A stretch of DNA of 64,000 nucleotides, from assembly GCA_035221665.1 (NCBI GenBank), contig CM069154.1:2542001-2606000 (forward strand), read 5' to 3'. Position 1 is the stretch's first letter. The number at the start of each line of letters is the position of its first letter. This document shows, one piece after another, positions 50,791 through 63,444 of the stretch. The stretch comes from Okamejei kenojei (taxonomy: Eukaryota). Made by a program: the position numbers and the translations under genes. Below the pieces are notes generated by a model, which was not told the DNA's origin, did no database searches, and saw only the letters and a program-made list of their open reading frames with translations.

Positions 50791-52181
50791 CTGCGGGAAA
50801 AGGTGGAAAACCATGACTGGAAAGTGTCCTTTGTTGAGGAGCCTTTCACACAATATAACACACGGATATCTCTAAAACTGATCTTGGATGTGTGTGTATT
50901 GTGCGATGTTCGTGTGCGTTTCACATCTCCCCGAAAATACGATGCACTAACGGTGAAATTTTTAAATATTCCGATAGAGATTTATGCCATGATGTCAAAA
51001 ATCGCCTTATCTGAAAATTTAATGCAATATTTCTCAAGTTATTTATGAAAATGTTCACAAATCTCAAATAACTTAGAAAATAAACAAGATGGTCTCGCTG
51101 ATGACATCACCATGGATCTGCCTTCCTGCCTCTGCTCGCGCTGTGAGTGACGTCACCCCTGCTCTGTCTTCTGTACTTCTTGGCTTCTTAACTTTTACTT
51201 CTTTAAATTTGTCACTCAGCGTTTTTAAACTGCTCAGGTCACGTTGCGCCACTTTTCTACAACATGGCGGTGGCGGTGGGAAGGTGGCTCGGGCAGACAT
51301 TACTCCCTCTGGGAGAAGCCGTCAATGGAGTCCTCCGTCGATCGCAGGGACTCGGGGAATCGTGACGCCTTTTCCTCGCTGGTGATTCCGATCCCACCTG
51401 GCGATCTCTGGCCGTCACGAGGGACGACCTCCTCTCCGTCTCCCCCGCCCGATCATCTGTCACACGGATGGGTGGGCTTCCCCTCGTTGAAGCCATGATC
51501 AGCCGGCCCTCAGCTGCTTTTGACCCTCCTCAGATTGCGCCCACCCGCGGCCTCCCTCGAGTCTCGGTTGCCCGCTCACCGTGGGCCCCGCAGCCCACTC
51601 GCCCGCCCGGCTCCCCTCCTCCTCTCCCACCCCCCTCCTCTCTACCCCCTCCTCCTCTCCCCCTCCTCCTTCTCCCCCCCCCTCCTCCCTCCCCTCCTCC
51701 CCTCTCCCTCTCCTCCCACTCTCACCTCCCCCTCCTCTCAACCCCCCTCCTCTCTCCCCATCTCCTCCCCACTCCCTCCCATCCTCTCCTCCCCCCCACC
51801 GCCCTCTCCCCCTCCTCTCTCTACCACCTCCCCCCTCTCTTCCCTCCTCTCTCTCCCCTTTCCATCCTACCCCCCTCCTCTCTCCCCCCTCCTCTCTCCC
51901 CTTCCCCCCCATCCTTTCCCCCTTCCCCACTCACCCCCTCCTCCCCCGTGTGTGGGGGGGGGAGGGTTAATGTGTGCGACACCGCAGACCCCCCCGCAAC
52001 CACGCGTTGAGGGGACGGGACCCAACGGTATAATATATAAAAAGTAAAATAATTCAATAAATGAAAGAGTATAATACTAGTGTGAAAAGCCAACATCCTT
52101 AGTGCAACCACATGGTACATTATATATAATAAGTAAAATAATTCTATGAGTGCACAAAAATGCAGCAGCAGTTACTGCAGT

Positions 52182-52495
52182 GGCGGCCACGGTGGCTCAG
52201 CGGTAGAGTTGCTGTCTCACAGCGCCGGAGACCCGGGTTCCATCCTGACTACGGGTGCTATCTATACGGAGTTTGTACGTTCTCCCCATGACCTGCGTGG
52301 GTTTTCTCCAAGATCTTTGGTTTCCTCTCACACTACAAAGACGTGTAGGTATGTAGGTTAATTGGCTTGGCGTATGTGTAAATTGTCCCTAGTGCGTGTA
52401 GGATAGTGTTAATGCACGGGGATCGCTGGGCGGTGCACTCGGTGGGCCGAAGGGCCTGTTTCCGCGCTGTATCTCTAAACTAAACTAAACTAAAC
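52182..52495 (+). mobile_element. tRNA-derived SINE
   Basis: GGTGGCTCAGCGGTAGAG A box, GGTTCCATCC B box, (CTAAA)n tail. Confidence 0.8.
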
Positions 52496-52618
52496 CTGAG
52501 CGTATCATCCAAAATCCCCACTTCCTGGTTTGTATAACAGCCGGAGAAGTTAGATATTAAAGGGTGATCAAATAAACATCTATGCGTGAAACTATGGACC
52601 GTAATTTAATGCACCTAC

Positions 52619-52735
52619 TTTAAACTTGTAGCTCTGTTGGTTATCATATCCAATCCATTGGCTTCCTTTGAATGCATAAGGAACCTTCTGTTCAGGAATG
52701 ACTTTCAAGGTCGCGGTTTTCAAAAACACACAAGT
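52619..52735 (-). CDS. chia: Chitinase gene B, third-last exon (117 nt; not in the ORF track)
   Basis: gacag|TCVFLKTATLKVIPEQKVPYAFKGSQWIGYDNQQSYKFK|gtaggt; matches the GH18 motif Q.VPYA.KG.QW.GYD. Confidence 0.92.
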
Positions 52736-53839
52736 CTGTCAAGTCAATAGAAATTATTGTTAATACTGCAGACAAATCAGCCCTGTCTTGTGCCGAGGCC
52801 AGACGCAAATATTCCCCTTATCCTGCATCTGTACACTGTGGACAGTTCGATTGTAGTCATCTTTCCGCTGACTGGATAGCACGCAACAAAAAAACATTTT
52901 GCTGTACCTTGGTACAGTACATGTGACAATGAACTAAACTAAGCTAAAGAAGGATCAATAAAAGTAATTATTGTCAATGTCAGAGGCACCTACAAAACAT
53001 TAAATGGTGTCTGATTACTGTGGGGCTGTTACATGGAAACAGTTTTTCCCCGTAGACTTTTTTTTATCCATGACAGCTTTTTTTCTGATTTTCAATTTCC
53101 AAATTAAATATTAAGTTGTTCTCTCGTTCCCGTAAATGTTGTGTTATTATCATAGCCAGCCGTATATAATTACTGGTTTCTAATTTTATTTCGGAGTCAT
53201 TTGCTCTCGACAAGCTGGGGGGGGAGTGCGCTCTCTCCACGGCTCCTTCAAAAAGGCAGTCAAGGTAAGTACACTAACCTTTAGTTGGTTGCAGGATGGA
53301 AGGCAAAGGCAAAGGGAAAGGGAAAGGAAAGCTTCCCAAGAGCCGCGGGACACTGACAGGCCAGCGGCCACTTTCCCCGGAGCTGCGAGAAGCTCCGGCT
53401 GCATCCGGACGGCCGGGGGAAAAGGTGCAGAAGTTGGGCGCATCTGTGACACCAGCGCCCAACTTATCTCCAGAATGGACGTCCGCACTGGAGCAGGATA
53501 TCCCAGATCCTGCCTTCATTACCCCATCTCCCAGGACGAGGGGGAGCAAGGTACGTGGGAACGTGCCTCGCACACCAACGGCGTCATCACCCCGTGTGGT
53601 CCAGGATCCACGGGGGCAAAGCCGGGTACCAACTGCGCTACAGGGGAGCCCCGCAGCCGCGGCACGTCACGTACAGCTACCGGGAATACTTGTCGTACGG
53701 CAGGCTGGCAGAGCTACTGCTGCGTCGAGCAGCCCTGCGGGAACAGGTGCTGCCGACACAACGCCGCGTCAGGCTGCGGTCAAGGGCGCCGGTGGCAGCA
53801 GTAGGCGGTCGACCAGCTTAGCTCTGGCAGCTGCCGACC

Positions 53840-55114
53840 ATGCACCTCCACGGAGATATATGGTCAGAAGTGGAGGTAAGCCTGCACGGACTTCGGGGAG
53901 CCCGGTACCGGGGGGCCAGCGCCTACTTATCTCCACTGCCTTCCTACCAGGCAGGTGGACCGCCACAGTCAGCTCGAAGGCTGCCTAGCGGCATGTCCGT
54001 GCGGGAGTCGTATGGGCCTGCAGGAGCAGTTGCCCACAACGACCTACCACCGGACCCTAGTCTGTACCTGATGGGGGTGTGGTCCACTGGTGCAAGCCCC
54101 AGAAAAATTGCAGAGCCTGGGGAAATCGGCTTGTCCGCCGCGAGTAGCGGGGACGGTCGCATTGCCCGGTTGGAGCTCTTGGTGGAGCAACTGCTCCAAC
54201 GGGATATGGACCGGGATGAACGGCAGTCTCAGGCCTCCACAAGCCACGCCAGGAGACCGCCTAGCATCTCGTCTTCTCCAGCCAGCCGTACCAGAAGCTG
54301 CCGGGATACTGACTTCGATGTCGAACCAGAGATGCCGGAGGCCGAGGATCCAGTACTAGGTGCGGACCTGCTGGATGTCGTGGGGAACTTTGCCACAGCT
54401 ACCCACACTGGGGAGCCGCTGCACCCCAAACTGGCGGGAACCATTGACTATCTGACCACTCACCAGCTCCTGGGTCAGGTAGTCACTGACACCATGGACA
54501 AATTCAAACCGCCCGACAACTGCATTAATTTAAGTGTGCCCACGGTGAATGCTCAAATTTGGGGGAATTTGAGTACTACCACCAAGATGCAGGACGTCCG
54601 CCTACCGCGCATCCTCAAACTCCTATCGACGGGCATTACAGCATTTGCCAGGACCCTCGATGGGGATAATGTGACCAGCGAGCAGCTGGATGCCTTGGCA
54701 CTTCTCTGCAATGCGCAGTTCGAAATTAACTGCCTTCGTAAGAGCTCCATCCGGCCGACACTCAACCCAAAATTTGCAGGGTTGTGCCGTACCTCCACCA
54801 CTCCGCCGTCTCATCAGCTGTTCGGGGAAGATCTCGGGAAAAAAGTCAAAGACATGGACGAGGAGGCCAAGACCGTTGGCCTTATGAAACCACCACCGGC
54901 TAAAGTTTACCCATACCAACGACAACAGCCGTATCCTACCTGGAAACCACGCCAGCCGGATAGACCATCAAGGACCTATCCACCTCCACTTCCTCAACCA
55001 CAGCGGCCTTTTTTAGGACAAGGCCTGCAGAGGCCCGCATGGAAGATGCGGCCACAGCCACGACCTGCTACACCACGTCCCCCCACAACGCCATACACCA
55101 AGAACCGCCGTTGA
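53840..55114 (+). CDS. DIRS C Gag-like ORF1 (424 aa open; 5' part lies in the overlapping frame from 53296)
   Basis: P.NC..L.VP.VN.QIW and LFGEDL motifs shared with the other DIRS ORF1 remnants. Confidence 0.75.
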   Translation: MHLHGDIWSEVEVSLHGLRGARYRGASAYLSPLPSYQAGGPPQSARRLPSGMSVRESYGPAGAVAHNDLPPDPSLYLMGVWSTGASPRKIAEPGEIGLSAASSGDGRIARLELLVEQLLQRDMDRDERQSQASTSHARRPPSISSSPASRTRSCRDTDFDVEPEMPEAEDPVLGADLLDVVGNFATATHTGEPLHPKLAGTIDYLTTHQLLGQVVTDTMDKFKPPDNCINLSVPTVNAQIWGNLSTTTKMQDVRLPRILKLLSTGITAFARTLDGDNVTSEQLDALALLCNAQFEINCLRKSSIRPTLNPKFAGLCRTSTTPPSHQLFGEDLGKKVKDMDEEAKTVGLMKPPPAKVYPYQRQQPYPTWKPRQPDRPSRTYPPPLPQPQRPFLGQGLQRPAWKMRPQPRPATPRPPTTPYTKNRR

Positions 55115-56153
55115 CGATGGAGGTAAGGGGGTCTGGTTCATCTCAGGGCGTAGCAATTGTAACCTCAAGTAGGAGGACGGCTGCGGGCAATTCGTGGTGC
55201 TTGGGATGCAATAACCACAGACACATTTATTCTACAAAGTGTTCACGGTTATGTCATTAAATTTATTGATGGCAAACTCCCCCCTACACAGCATGAACCT
55301 CAGCGCACATTTACGCTCTCTCAAAACGAGATGAAGGAGGGATATGCTGAAATCTTACTGCTAGCAGCCAAAGGGGCGATCGGTAGAACGGCACACGAAC
55401 CCCTTGAGTTTGTATCTAACATCTTTACAACAACCAAAAAAGATGGGGGGTGTCGGATTATTATAGACCTAACCCAGTTGAACACTTTTGTACAATATAC
55501 CCATTTCAAAATGGAAACCTTTGAAACAGCTAAGCAGCTGCTTTACCCGGGGTAAAATTTAAAAAATGCGTACTATACAGTTCCCATCATAGCATCTCAC
55601 AGGAAGTTCCTAAAATTTGCTGGAAGGGACAGTTATGGCACTACAAAGCCTTACCCACTGGATTAACTACAGCCCCAGACTATTTACCAAATTAGTAAAA
55701 CCAATATTGGCACTCCTCCGACAACAGCATATCGTCATTGAATATTTGGACGATATCCTTATCGTGGGACAGACCCTCCAATTGGCAACGCTGGCAGTTC
55801 CAGCGACCAAATCTTTATTCGAGATGTTAGGGTTTGTGACCCATCCAGACAAATCTAAACTAAACCCCTCTCAAGTTATGGACTACCTGGGTTTCACCAT
55901 TGACACAAACCTAATGATCAGTTGTGGTGGCAGATGGGACCCACACGAGTCTACCCTCCTCCAGACACAAGGGATAAACTATCTGGAGATGTTAGGGGCT
56001 TTCCATGGACTGCGGGTAACTTCTTTACCAGGGAAGCTCAATACAGTGGCGGACACCAGGTCACGAGTGTTCAATGAACCCCCAAATTATTGCTGAAATT
56101 ATAGCTAACTTTGGCACACCAGATACTAACCCCATTACGGGGGAAAGTCACCC

Positions 56154-57140
56154 GTGCCATGGTCACCTAAATATGTTGGCCTGCAGGTTCTAAAGAGGCC
56201 GCTTATCAAGGTCGGCATATCACCCAGAGCCATGGACCTCATCTCAGCGTCGTGCCGAGCATCAACCAGGAGGCAGTACCTCACCCAGGTCAGGAAGTGG
56301 GAGGCATTCTGCTCCCGTACCAACACGACCTACAGCTCAGCTACGATCCCTGATGTCCTGGAATTCCTAGTGGGCCTTCATTACGATGAGGGCCTCAGCT
56401 ACAGTGCCATCAACAGTGCCAGGAGTGCGCTGTCCTCATACCTAGACATAGGTATAGGCTCAAACCACCTGGTGTCAAAATTCATGAGGGGAGTGTACAA
56501 CACCAACCCTCCACGGCCCAGATACAACAGCACCTGGGACGTAGGGATCGTACTGACCATACTGAGGAGCTGGTCTCCTATGACAGAGTTACCACTTAAA
56601 AAGCTCACCCTCAAAGTGGTGAAGCTGATGGCCCTGACTACAACCCAACGAGTCCAGGCATTGCAGAAGCTGCGGCTGGATAGCATGGTCTCCACCCCTA
56701 CTAAGGTGACGTTCTTTGTAGAGGACCTACTGAAGCAGCACAGACCTGGGGCTCATGGGCTGCAGTTGGAATTTTGGGCATACCCCACTGATGCCACCCT
56801 CTGCATAGCCACCCATCTCCGTCACTACATCAGAACTACACGAACCATCCGGAAGACGGAGCAGGGGCTCCTCATCAGCCACAAACCATTACATCACCGG
56901 GTGACTGTGCAGACTATCGCAAGGTGGCTCAGGGCGGTGTTGGGTGCAGCAGGAGTAGATACTAACATTTTTAAATCGCACTCTACCAGGGCTGCGTCCA
57001 CATCAGTGGCGAGGGCCATGGAGGTACCTATGGACCACATCCTCGCCACCGCGGGCTGGGCCAGTGAAGCAACCTTCCAATGGTTCTACAACAAAACGCT
57101 AGTCTGGGAGCCGCTCCGTGAATGTTTGTCCCCGAGTTAG
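56154..57140 (+). CDS. DIRS C tyrosine recombinase (328 aa, open)
   Basis: TQRVQAL (Arg), SHSTRAAS (His-x-x-Arg), AGW, FYNK (Tyr). Confidence 0.85.
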   Translation: MPWSPKYVGLQVLKRPLIKVGISPRAMDLISASCRASTRRQYLTQVRKWEAFCSRTNTTYSSATIPDVLEFLVGLHYDEGLSYSAINSARSALSSYLDIGIGSNHLVSKFMRGVYNTNPPRPRYNSTWDVGIVLTILRSWSPMTELPLKKLTLKVVKLMALTTTQRVQALQKLRLDSMVSTPTKVTFFVEDLLKQHRPGAHGLQLEFWAYPTDATLCIATHLRHYIRTTRTIRKTEQGLLISHKPLHHRVTVQTIARWLRAVLGAAGVDTNIFKSHSTRAASTSVARAMEVPMDHILATAGWASEATFQWFYNKTLVWEPLRECLSPS

Positions 57141-60100
57141 GGGTTTTTGCTTTGTTATTATTTGTGTTAATAAATATGCATTATTTTTCAGCCTGTTCAG
57201 TCTGCAATGCATTAACTACCTTCCTCCATCAGTATTGTGGCAGTGTGATAGCATGGACGTTGTCCAGGGCGTGAAATCACAGAGCTTTGAAATCTTCACG
57301 AAGTCACTCACGTGACTCCGAAATAAAATAGTAAGATTAAACGAGCACTTCCAAGTTCGAAGGTTGATCTTTATTTTATGAGGAGTTGCGGTGAAGGATT
57401 TTGTGCCCTCTGCTCCCAACCTTCTATCATAAGGTCAACTGGTATGTTCTACGTCATTAATCTTACTATCTCCAGTCATGGGGCGTTCTGTGATTCCACA
57501 CCGCTGCTTTGAAGGATGTCGCGCATGCGTGCTGGCGGGGTCTTCACGAAATCCCTCACCGCAACTCCTCATAAAATAAAGATCAACCTTCGAACTTGGT
57601 AAGTTCGCGTTTAATCTTACTATTAAACCATTGCATTATAGCCACATTGCATCATGGAAAACCACATAGTTTCAGAATTTAGACATAAATAATTTTTGAA
57701 ATTATGAGGATCAAGATTCTCAAAATATTGTTAATATTGAATTCTTCAGGAGAACTATGGAATGCTAGCAACAAATCCAACAGTGTCCATAGAACATAGA
57801 ACTGGTTAGTGTAGGAAGGAACTGCAGATGCTGGTTTAAATCAAAGGGAGACACAAAATGTTGGAGTAACTCATTGGGACAGGCAGCATCTCTAGAGAGA
57901 AGGAATGGGCGAGTGAGAAGCGAGAGAGGGTGAGAAAGGCAAAATTTGAAGGAGATGTGTGAGGAAATCTTTTACAGAGAGGGTGGTAGGTGCCTGGGGA
58001 GGGGGATGGGGGCTAGTGCATTAGTTAAATAAAATAGTAAGATTAAATGAGAACTTACCAGTTTGAAGTTTGATCTTTATTTTATGAGGAGTTACGATGA
58101 GGGATTACGTGAAGAAGCCCCGCCAGTGCGCATGCTCGTCAATCTTCAAAGCAGCGGCGTGAAATCACAGTAACTGCAGTTGAAGTGATATCGTAAGACT
58201 CAGAAGACTAGAACTACCAGATGATCTGTGTGATTACGAGGGTCGGAAGCGGAGGGCATGTAATCCCTCATCGTAACTCCTCATAAAATAAAGATCAAAC
58301 TTCAAACTGGTAAGTTCTCGTTTAATCTTACTATTTTACTTCGGAGTCACGTGAGTGACTACGTGAAGATTTCAAAGCTATGTGATTTCATGCCGCAGAT
58401 GCAGTTCCATACGACACACTGCCTTGGTTGACACAGGATAAACAAATAATGTATTGAACATTGTTTAAATTATACAATGAACGTCTTAAACAATAAAACA
58501 GTAATAACCTCTCTTTTGCAGGGGAAATTACAAAGAACTCAAACAGAACCCAAAACAGCATGCCCAAATCTTTGCATTTGAAGGACAGGTTTATCATAAA
58601 CTGTGAAAAAGGTTCTTTCACTGGACCATCCTGCGGTGAGGATTTGGTCTAATGGCACGTCCTGCGCCTTTGCTGCGTACGCTGACGCCGCCCTGGTGGA
58701 GTGATTTAAACGCATCAGTGTCTACTCCAGCATAATGCAAACCTGTTTCGGCCATCTAGAAATAGTTTGTACTGACACCTTTGTATGAGGTTTTATGTGG
58801 CTGATGAGCATCGCTGTTTCAGAGCCTCTGAGACTCTTGATGACCTTGATATATTAGCTCAGATGCGTAATTACATATAGTCTTAGATAATGGGTATATT
58901 TTAAGCTTATTTTGGTTCCAGCCATCCCTTTGATTAGATCATATGCATAAAACACAATATCACCTACAGAAGAATGCATGCTGTCCAGTCATAACTTTTG
59001 CAATATTTGGACCCATAGTGCTGCCACTAGCACCATGAACATGACCACTTTGAGCGTTAACTTCCGGAAAGGCAGAGATGGAATTGGAGCCCATTGCCAA
59101 AGCAGTGTGAGAACTATGCTCACATCCCAGATTTCCAAATATCTACGTCTGGGAGGGTTTTGTTAAATACCTCCTATGAATCGGGTCACCAATAGATGAG
59201 ATCCGACAGAGTGTTGTCCGGACCCTTGCCCTAAGTAGGAGGACAAAGCACTTTGAGCATTATAATGGCATTATAGCTTAACTGCTCGTCAAATGCAATG
59301 TAGCCAGGAACTCCAATACATCCCAAATGCCTGCAACTTATTATAAGATATATTTGACTGTAAACAGGACATCTCCCATTTCTTAATATGAGATACATAT
59401 CGTTTTTTAGTACTATCTCTCCAAGCCATTGTAATCACATCGAAGGTCCTACTGGATAGACCGAACAGTCTGGTCAGAAGATATAAATCAATAGATTAAT
59501 AAGGGGAACTCTCCTCCTGTCGCAGTGTGAACCAACAAGTTGCTGTAATTGGGATAATCATGAATGCTGTGTCATCAGTCTCAGAACCAATGGGACCATG
59601 CTGTGTGGACCAGTTTAGGAACTACCAAACGTCTAAGTGTAGTCGTGCTCTATTTTGGTGAGACATTGATCAAATAAGGCAGAAATGGGGAAAGCGTAAG
59701 AACATACATCCCCAACGTAGCGAGAATGTATCCTCCACTACTGCCCCTAGATTTGGTTCCCATGCCAAATTTAGGTACTGGTAATTTAACCCAGATGCAA
59801 CAGATCTATGTCTGGCAATCCATACCGGCTAACAATGATTTTGAAACATTTGGATTCATCATCCATTTTTTGTCATAGAATTTACATGACCTGGTGTCTG
59901 CAACTTTCACATTATCTCCACCTGATAGGTAAATATCTAAGACCCAGATGTTTCCTGTAATGCACCAGTGCTACATGAGGTTAGGCAGATTGTCACAAAA
60001 TAATGACCTCATTCCACACATGTGATTGATATGCAACAGTTGTGGTATTATCAATCTGAAGCTGCACATGCAATCATGCATTGTTGAGCAGAATTCTTTA

Positions 60101-60329
60101 GGCCATAGAATGCACCCAGCAATTCTACGCAGTTTACCCCATGCCTCTGCAGAGCTAATGATTCTTTCACATTCTATCTGCCACCACAGCCAGACTCGAT
60201 ATCAGTGGCTCCTCATCCTGAAGCTCACACCAGTTTGTAAACTAAAGGTTATTGAGTCAGAATGTCTCTAGTACATCGCGAGACATTAGTTACAGTTTTG
60301 GCCATAGGCAAAGTACTGCCATGTTAATA

Positions 60330-62500
60330 TAACCATATAACCATATAACCATATAACAATTACAGCACGGAAACAGGCCCTCTCGGCCCTTCCAGTCCGT
60401 GCCGACCATTTGTTTTCCCCTAGTCCCATCTACCTGCACTCAGACCATACCCCTCCATTCCCTTCACGTCCATATACCTATCCACTTTACTCTTAAATGT
60501 TAAAATCGATCCTGCCTTCACCACTTCTGCTGGAAGCTGATTCCACACAGCCACCACCCTCTGAGTAAAGAAGTTCCCCCTCACGTTACCCCGAAACCTC
60601 TGTCCCTTAATTCTCATGTCATGCCCTCTTGTTTGAATCTTCCCTACCCTAAATGGGAAAAACGTATCCACGTCAACTCTGTCTATCCCTTTCATCATTT
60701 TAAAGACCTCAATCAAGTCCCCCCTTAACCTTCTGCGCTCCAAAGAATAAAGGCCTAACTTGTTCAACCTTTCTCTGTAACATAGTTGCTGGAACCCTGG
60801 CAACATTCTAGTAAATCTCCTCTGTACTCTCTCTATTTTGTTGACATCCTTCCTATAACTAGGCGACCAAAATTGTACACCATACTCCAGAATTGGTCTT
60901 ACCAATGCCTTGTACAATTTTAACATTACTTCCCTACTCCTATATTCAATGCTCTGATTTATAAAGGCCAGCACACCAAAGGCTTTCTTTACCACCCTAT
61001 CTACATGCGATTCCACCTTCAGGGAACTATGCACAGTTATTCCTAGATCCCTGTGTTCCACAGCATTCCTCAATTCCCTACCATTTACCATGTACGTCCT
61101 ATTTTGATTTGTCCTGCCAAGATGTAGCACTTCACACTTATCAGCATTAAACTCCATCTGCCATCTTTCAGCCCACTTTTCCAAATGGCCCAAATCTCTC
61201 TGTAGATTTTGAAAATCTACTTCATTATCCACAACACCACCTATCTTAGTATCATCTGCATACTTACTTATCCAATTTTCCACCCCATCATCCAGATCAT
61301 TGATGTACATGACAAACAACAGTGGACCCAACACAGATCCCTGAGGCACCCCACTGGTCACCGGCTTCCAACCTGACAAACAGCCATCCACCATTACTCT
61401 CTGACATCTCCCATTCAGCCACTGTTGAATCCATCTTGCTACTCCGCCATTAACACCCAAAGATTGAACCTTCTTAACCAACCTTCCATGGGGAACCTTG
61501 TCAAAGGCCTTACTAAAATCCATATAGACAACATCCACTGCTTTACCCTCATCAATTTCCCTAGTTACCGCTTCAAAAAATTCAAGAAGGTTTGTCAAAC
61601 ATGACCTTCCAGGCACAAATCCATGTTGACTGTTCCTGATCAGACCCTGTTTATCCAGATGCTTATATATATTATCTCTAAGTATCCTTTCCATTAATTT
61701 GCCCACCACTGACGTCAAACTAATAGGTCTATAATTGCTAGGTTTATTCTTTGAACCCTTTTTAAACAATGGAACAACATGCGCAGTACGCCAATCCTCC
61801 GGCACTATTCCCGTTTCTAATGATATTTGAAATATTTCAGTCATAGCTCCTGCTATTTCTACACTAACTTCCCTCAATGTCCTAGGGAATATCCTGTCAG
61901 GACCTGGAGACTTACCACTTTTATATTTTTCAAAAGTGTCAGTACTTCCTCCTCTTTGAATCTCATAGTTTCCATAGCTACTCTACCCTTTCCCCTTAAC
62001 TCACCGAGTTCAATATCCTTCTCCTTGGTGAATACGAAGAAAAGAAATTGTTCAATATTCCCCCATCCTTTTGGCTCTGCAGATAGCTGTCCATTCTGGT
62101 TCTCTAATGGTCCAATTTTATCCCTTAACTCACCGTGTTCAATATCCTTCTCCTTGGTGAATACCGAAGAAAAGAAATTGTTCAATATCTCCCCCATCTC
62201 TTTTGGCTCTGCAGATAGCTGTCCATTCTGGTTCTCTAATGGTCCAATTTTATCCCTCGTTATCCTTTTGCTATTAATATAGCTGTAGAAACCCTTTGGG
62301 TTTACTTTCACCTTTCTTGCCAAAGCAACCTCATATCTTCTTTTAGCCTTCCTAATTTCTTTCTTAAGATTCTTTTTACATTCTTTATACTCCTCTAGCA
62401 CCTCATTTACTCCATGCCTCCTATAATTATTGTAGATATCTCTCTTTTTTCGAAACAAGTGTCCAATTTCCCTTGAAAACCATGGCTCTTTCCAATTTTT
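60330..62500 (-). mobile_element. CR1 LINE nested in DIRS D
   Basis: ORF 60420-61877 (485 aa RT, YADDTK) and ORF 61874-62458; (ACCATATA)n tail; internal duplication of about 130 bp near 62000-62255. Confidence 0.95.
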
Positions 62501-63444
62501 ACTTTTAATTAACCAATGATTAACCTCAAATAGCCAATCATTCTAAATGGTACTAATCTAAAAGTTTAATTAGATGGGTGAGGACCTAACCTCTCAACAG
62601 GTGTGTGGTAGCTGAATATTATGCATCTTTCAGATCTATGGCTGCCATTTCACACCCTTTTTATCCCAGTTACAATACTGAAATTGTTTATTTTAAACCG
62701 TTTATACTGGACCTTAAGGGTTAAGTATGATTAGGCCCAGAATGACTCAACACCCACCATCATTCTTTTGGCTGGGTAATTGGACACAATTGTTAAGGCT
62801 GATATACATCATTCACCTGTAGAGTTAGTGGTCTTGAACCCCAATACCCAACTAGGTGTATTTTGTACGGGTGGATGTACTTTCGAGATACATTTTCGAG
62901 ATCCCCGGATACAGTCCAATATTCACTTACCCCTTCCTAATCTGAAAGAGTATGGTTTTTGAGGTGGCATCCTGGTCTCAGTTTCTGTCTCACCGTCCAG
63001 GTCTTCCCCTGGATATTAGAGGATCTGCGCAAGGCTGTGAGCCGTGGGTTGAGCGTAGGCTGGATAGGTATTTGTGAATATTAAACTAACAAATGGGCAT
63101 TACACAGAAGGGTCCATAACCTGCTGTGTTTAGATAGTGGCCTTGCCATTTACCCAAACGCCATAATTCCTACTCCAACCAGATTTTTAGGACTTCTGCA
63201 GCCTTAACACATGCGCCCTCATGATACGCTCCTTTAGAGCGATGCACAGTAACAGGTGTTTGATATGTAAAGTTTCTTCCATTATGAAGTCCTGGAACTG
63301 GTGAGAGGCCATTAATTTGCTGGCCAGATTGTCATCCCTGGCTTCACCAGTTCCTGCCGGTATGGTAAATTGCTGACCACATCCGGCACACTTGGAGCAT
63401 GGCTCATGTGCTTTGGTGTATGCACATAAGCAGTGACACCAAAC

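Larger units (their letters stand above)
53184..57622 (+). mobile_element. DIRS retrotransposon C in a chitinase B intron
   Basis: Left end TTTTATTTCGGAGTCA; ICR at about 57290-57405; right end CTTACTA; ATT at both junctions. Confidence 0.95.

Noticed and set aside
51468-52120. Pro-rich and Gly-rich ORFs (also 41415-41949 and 42918-43232)
   Set aside because: Artefacts of C/T-rich low-complexity sequence inside repeats
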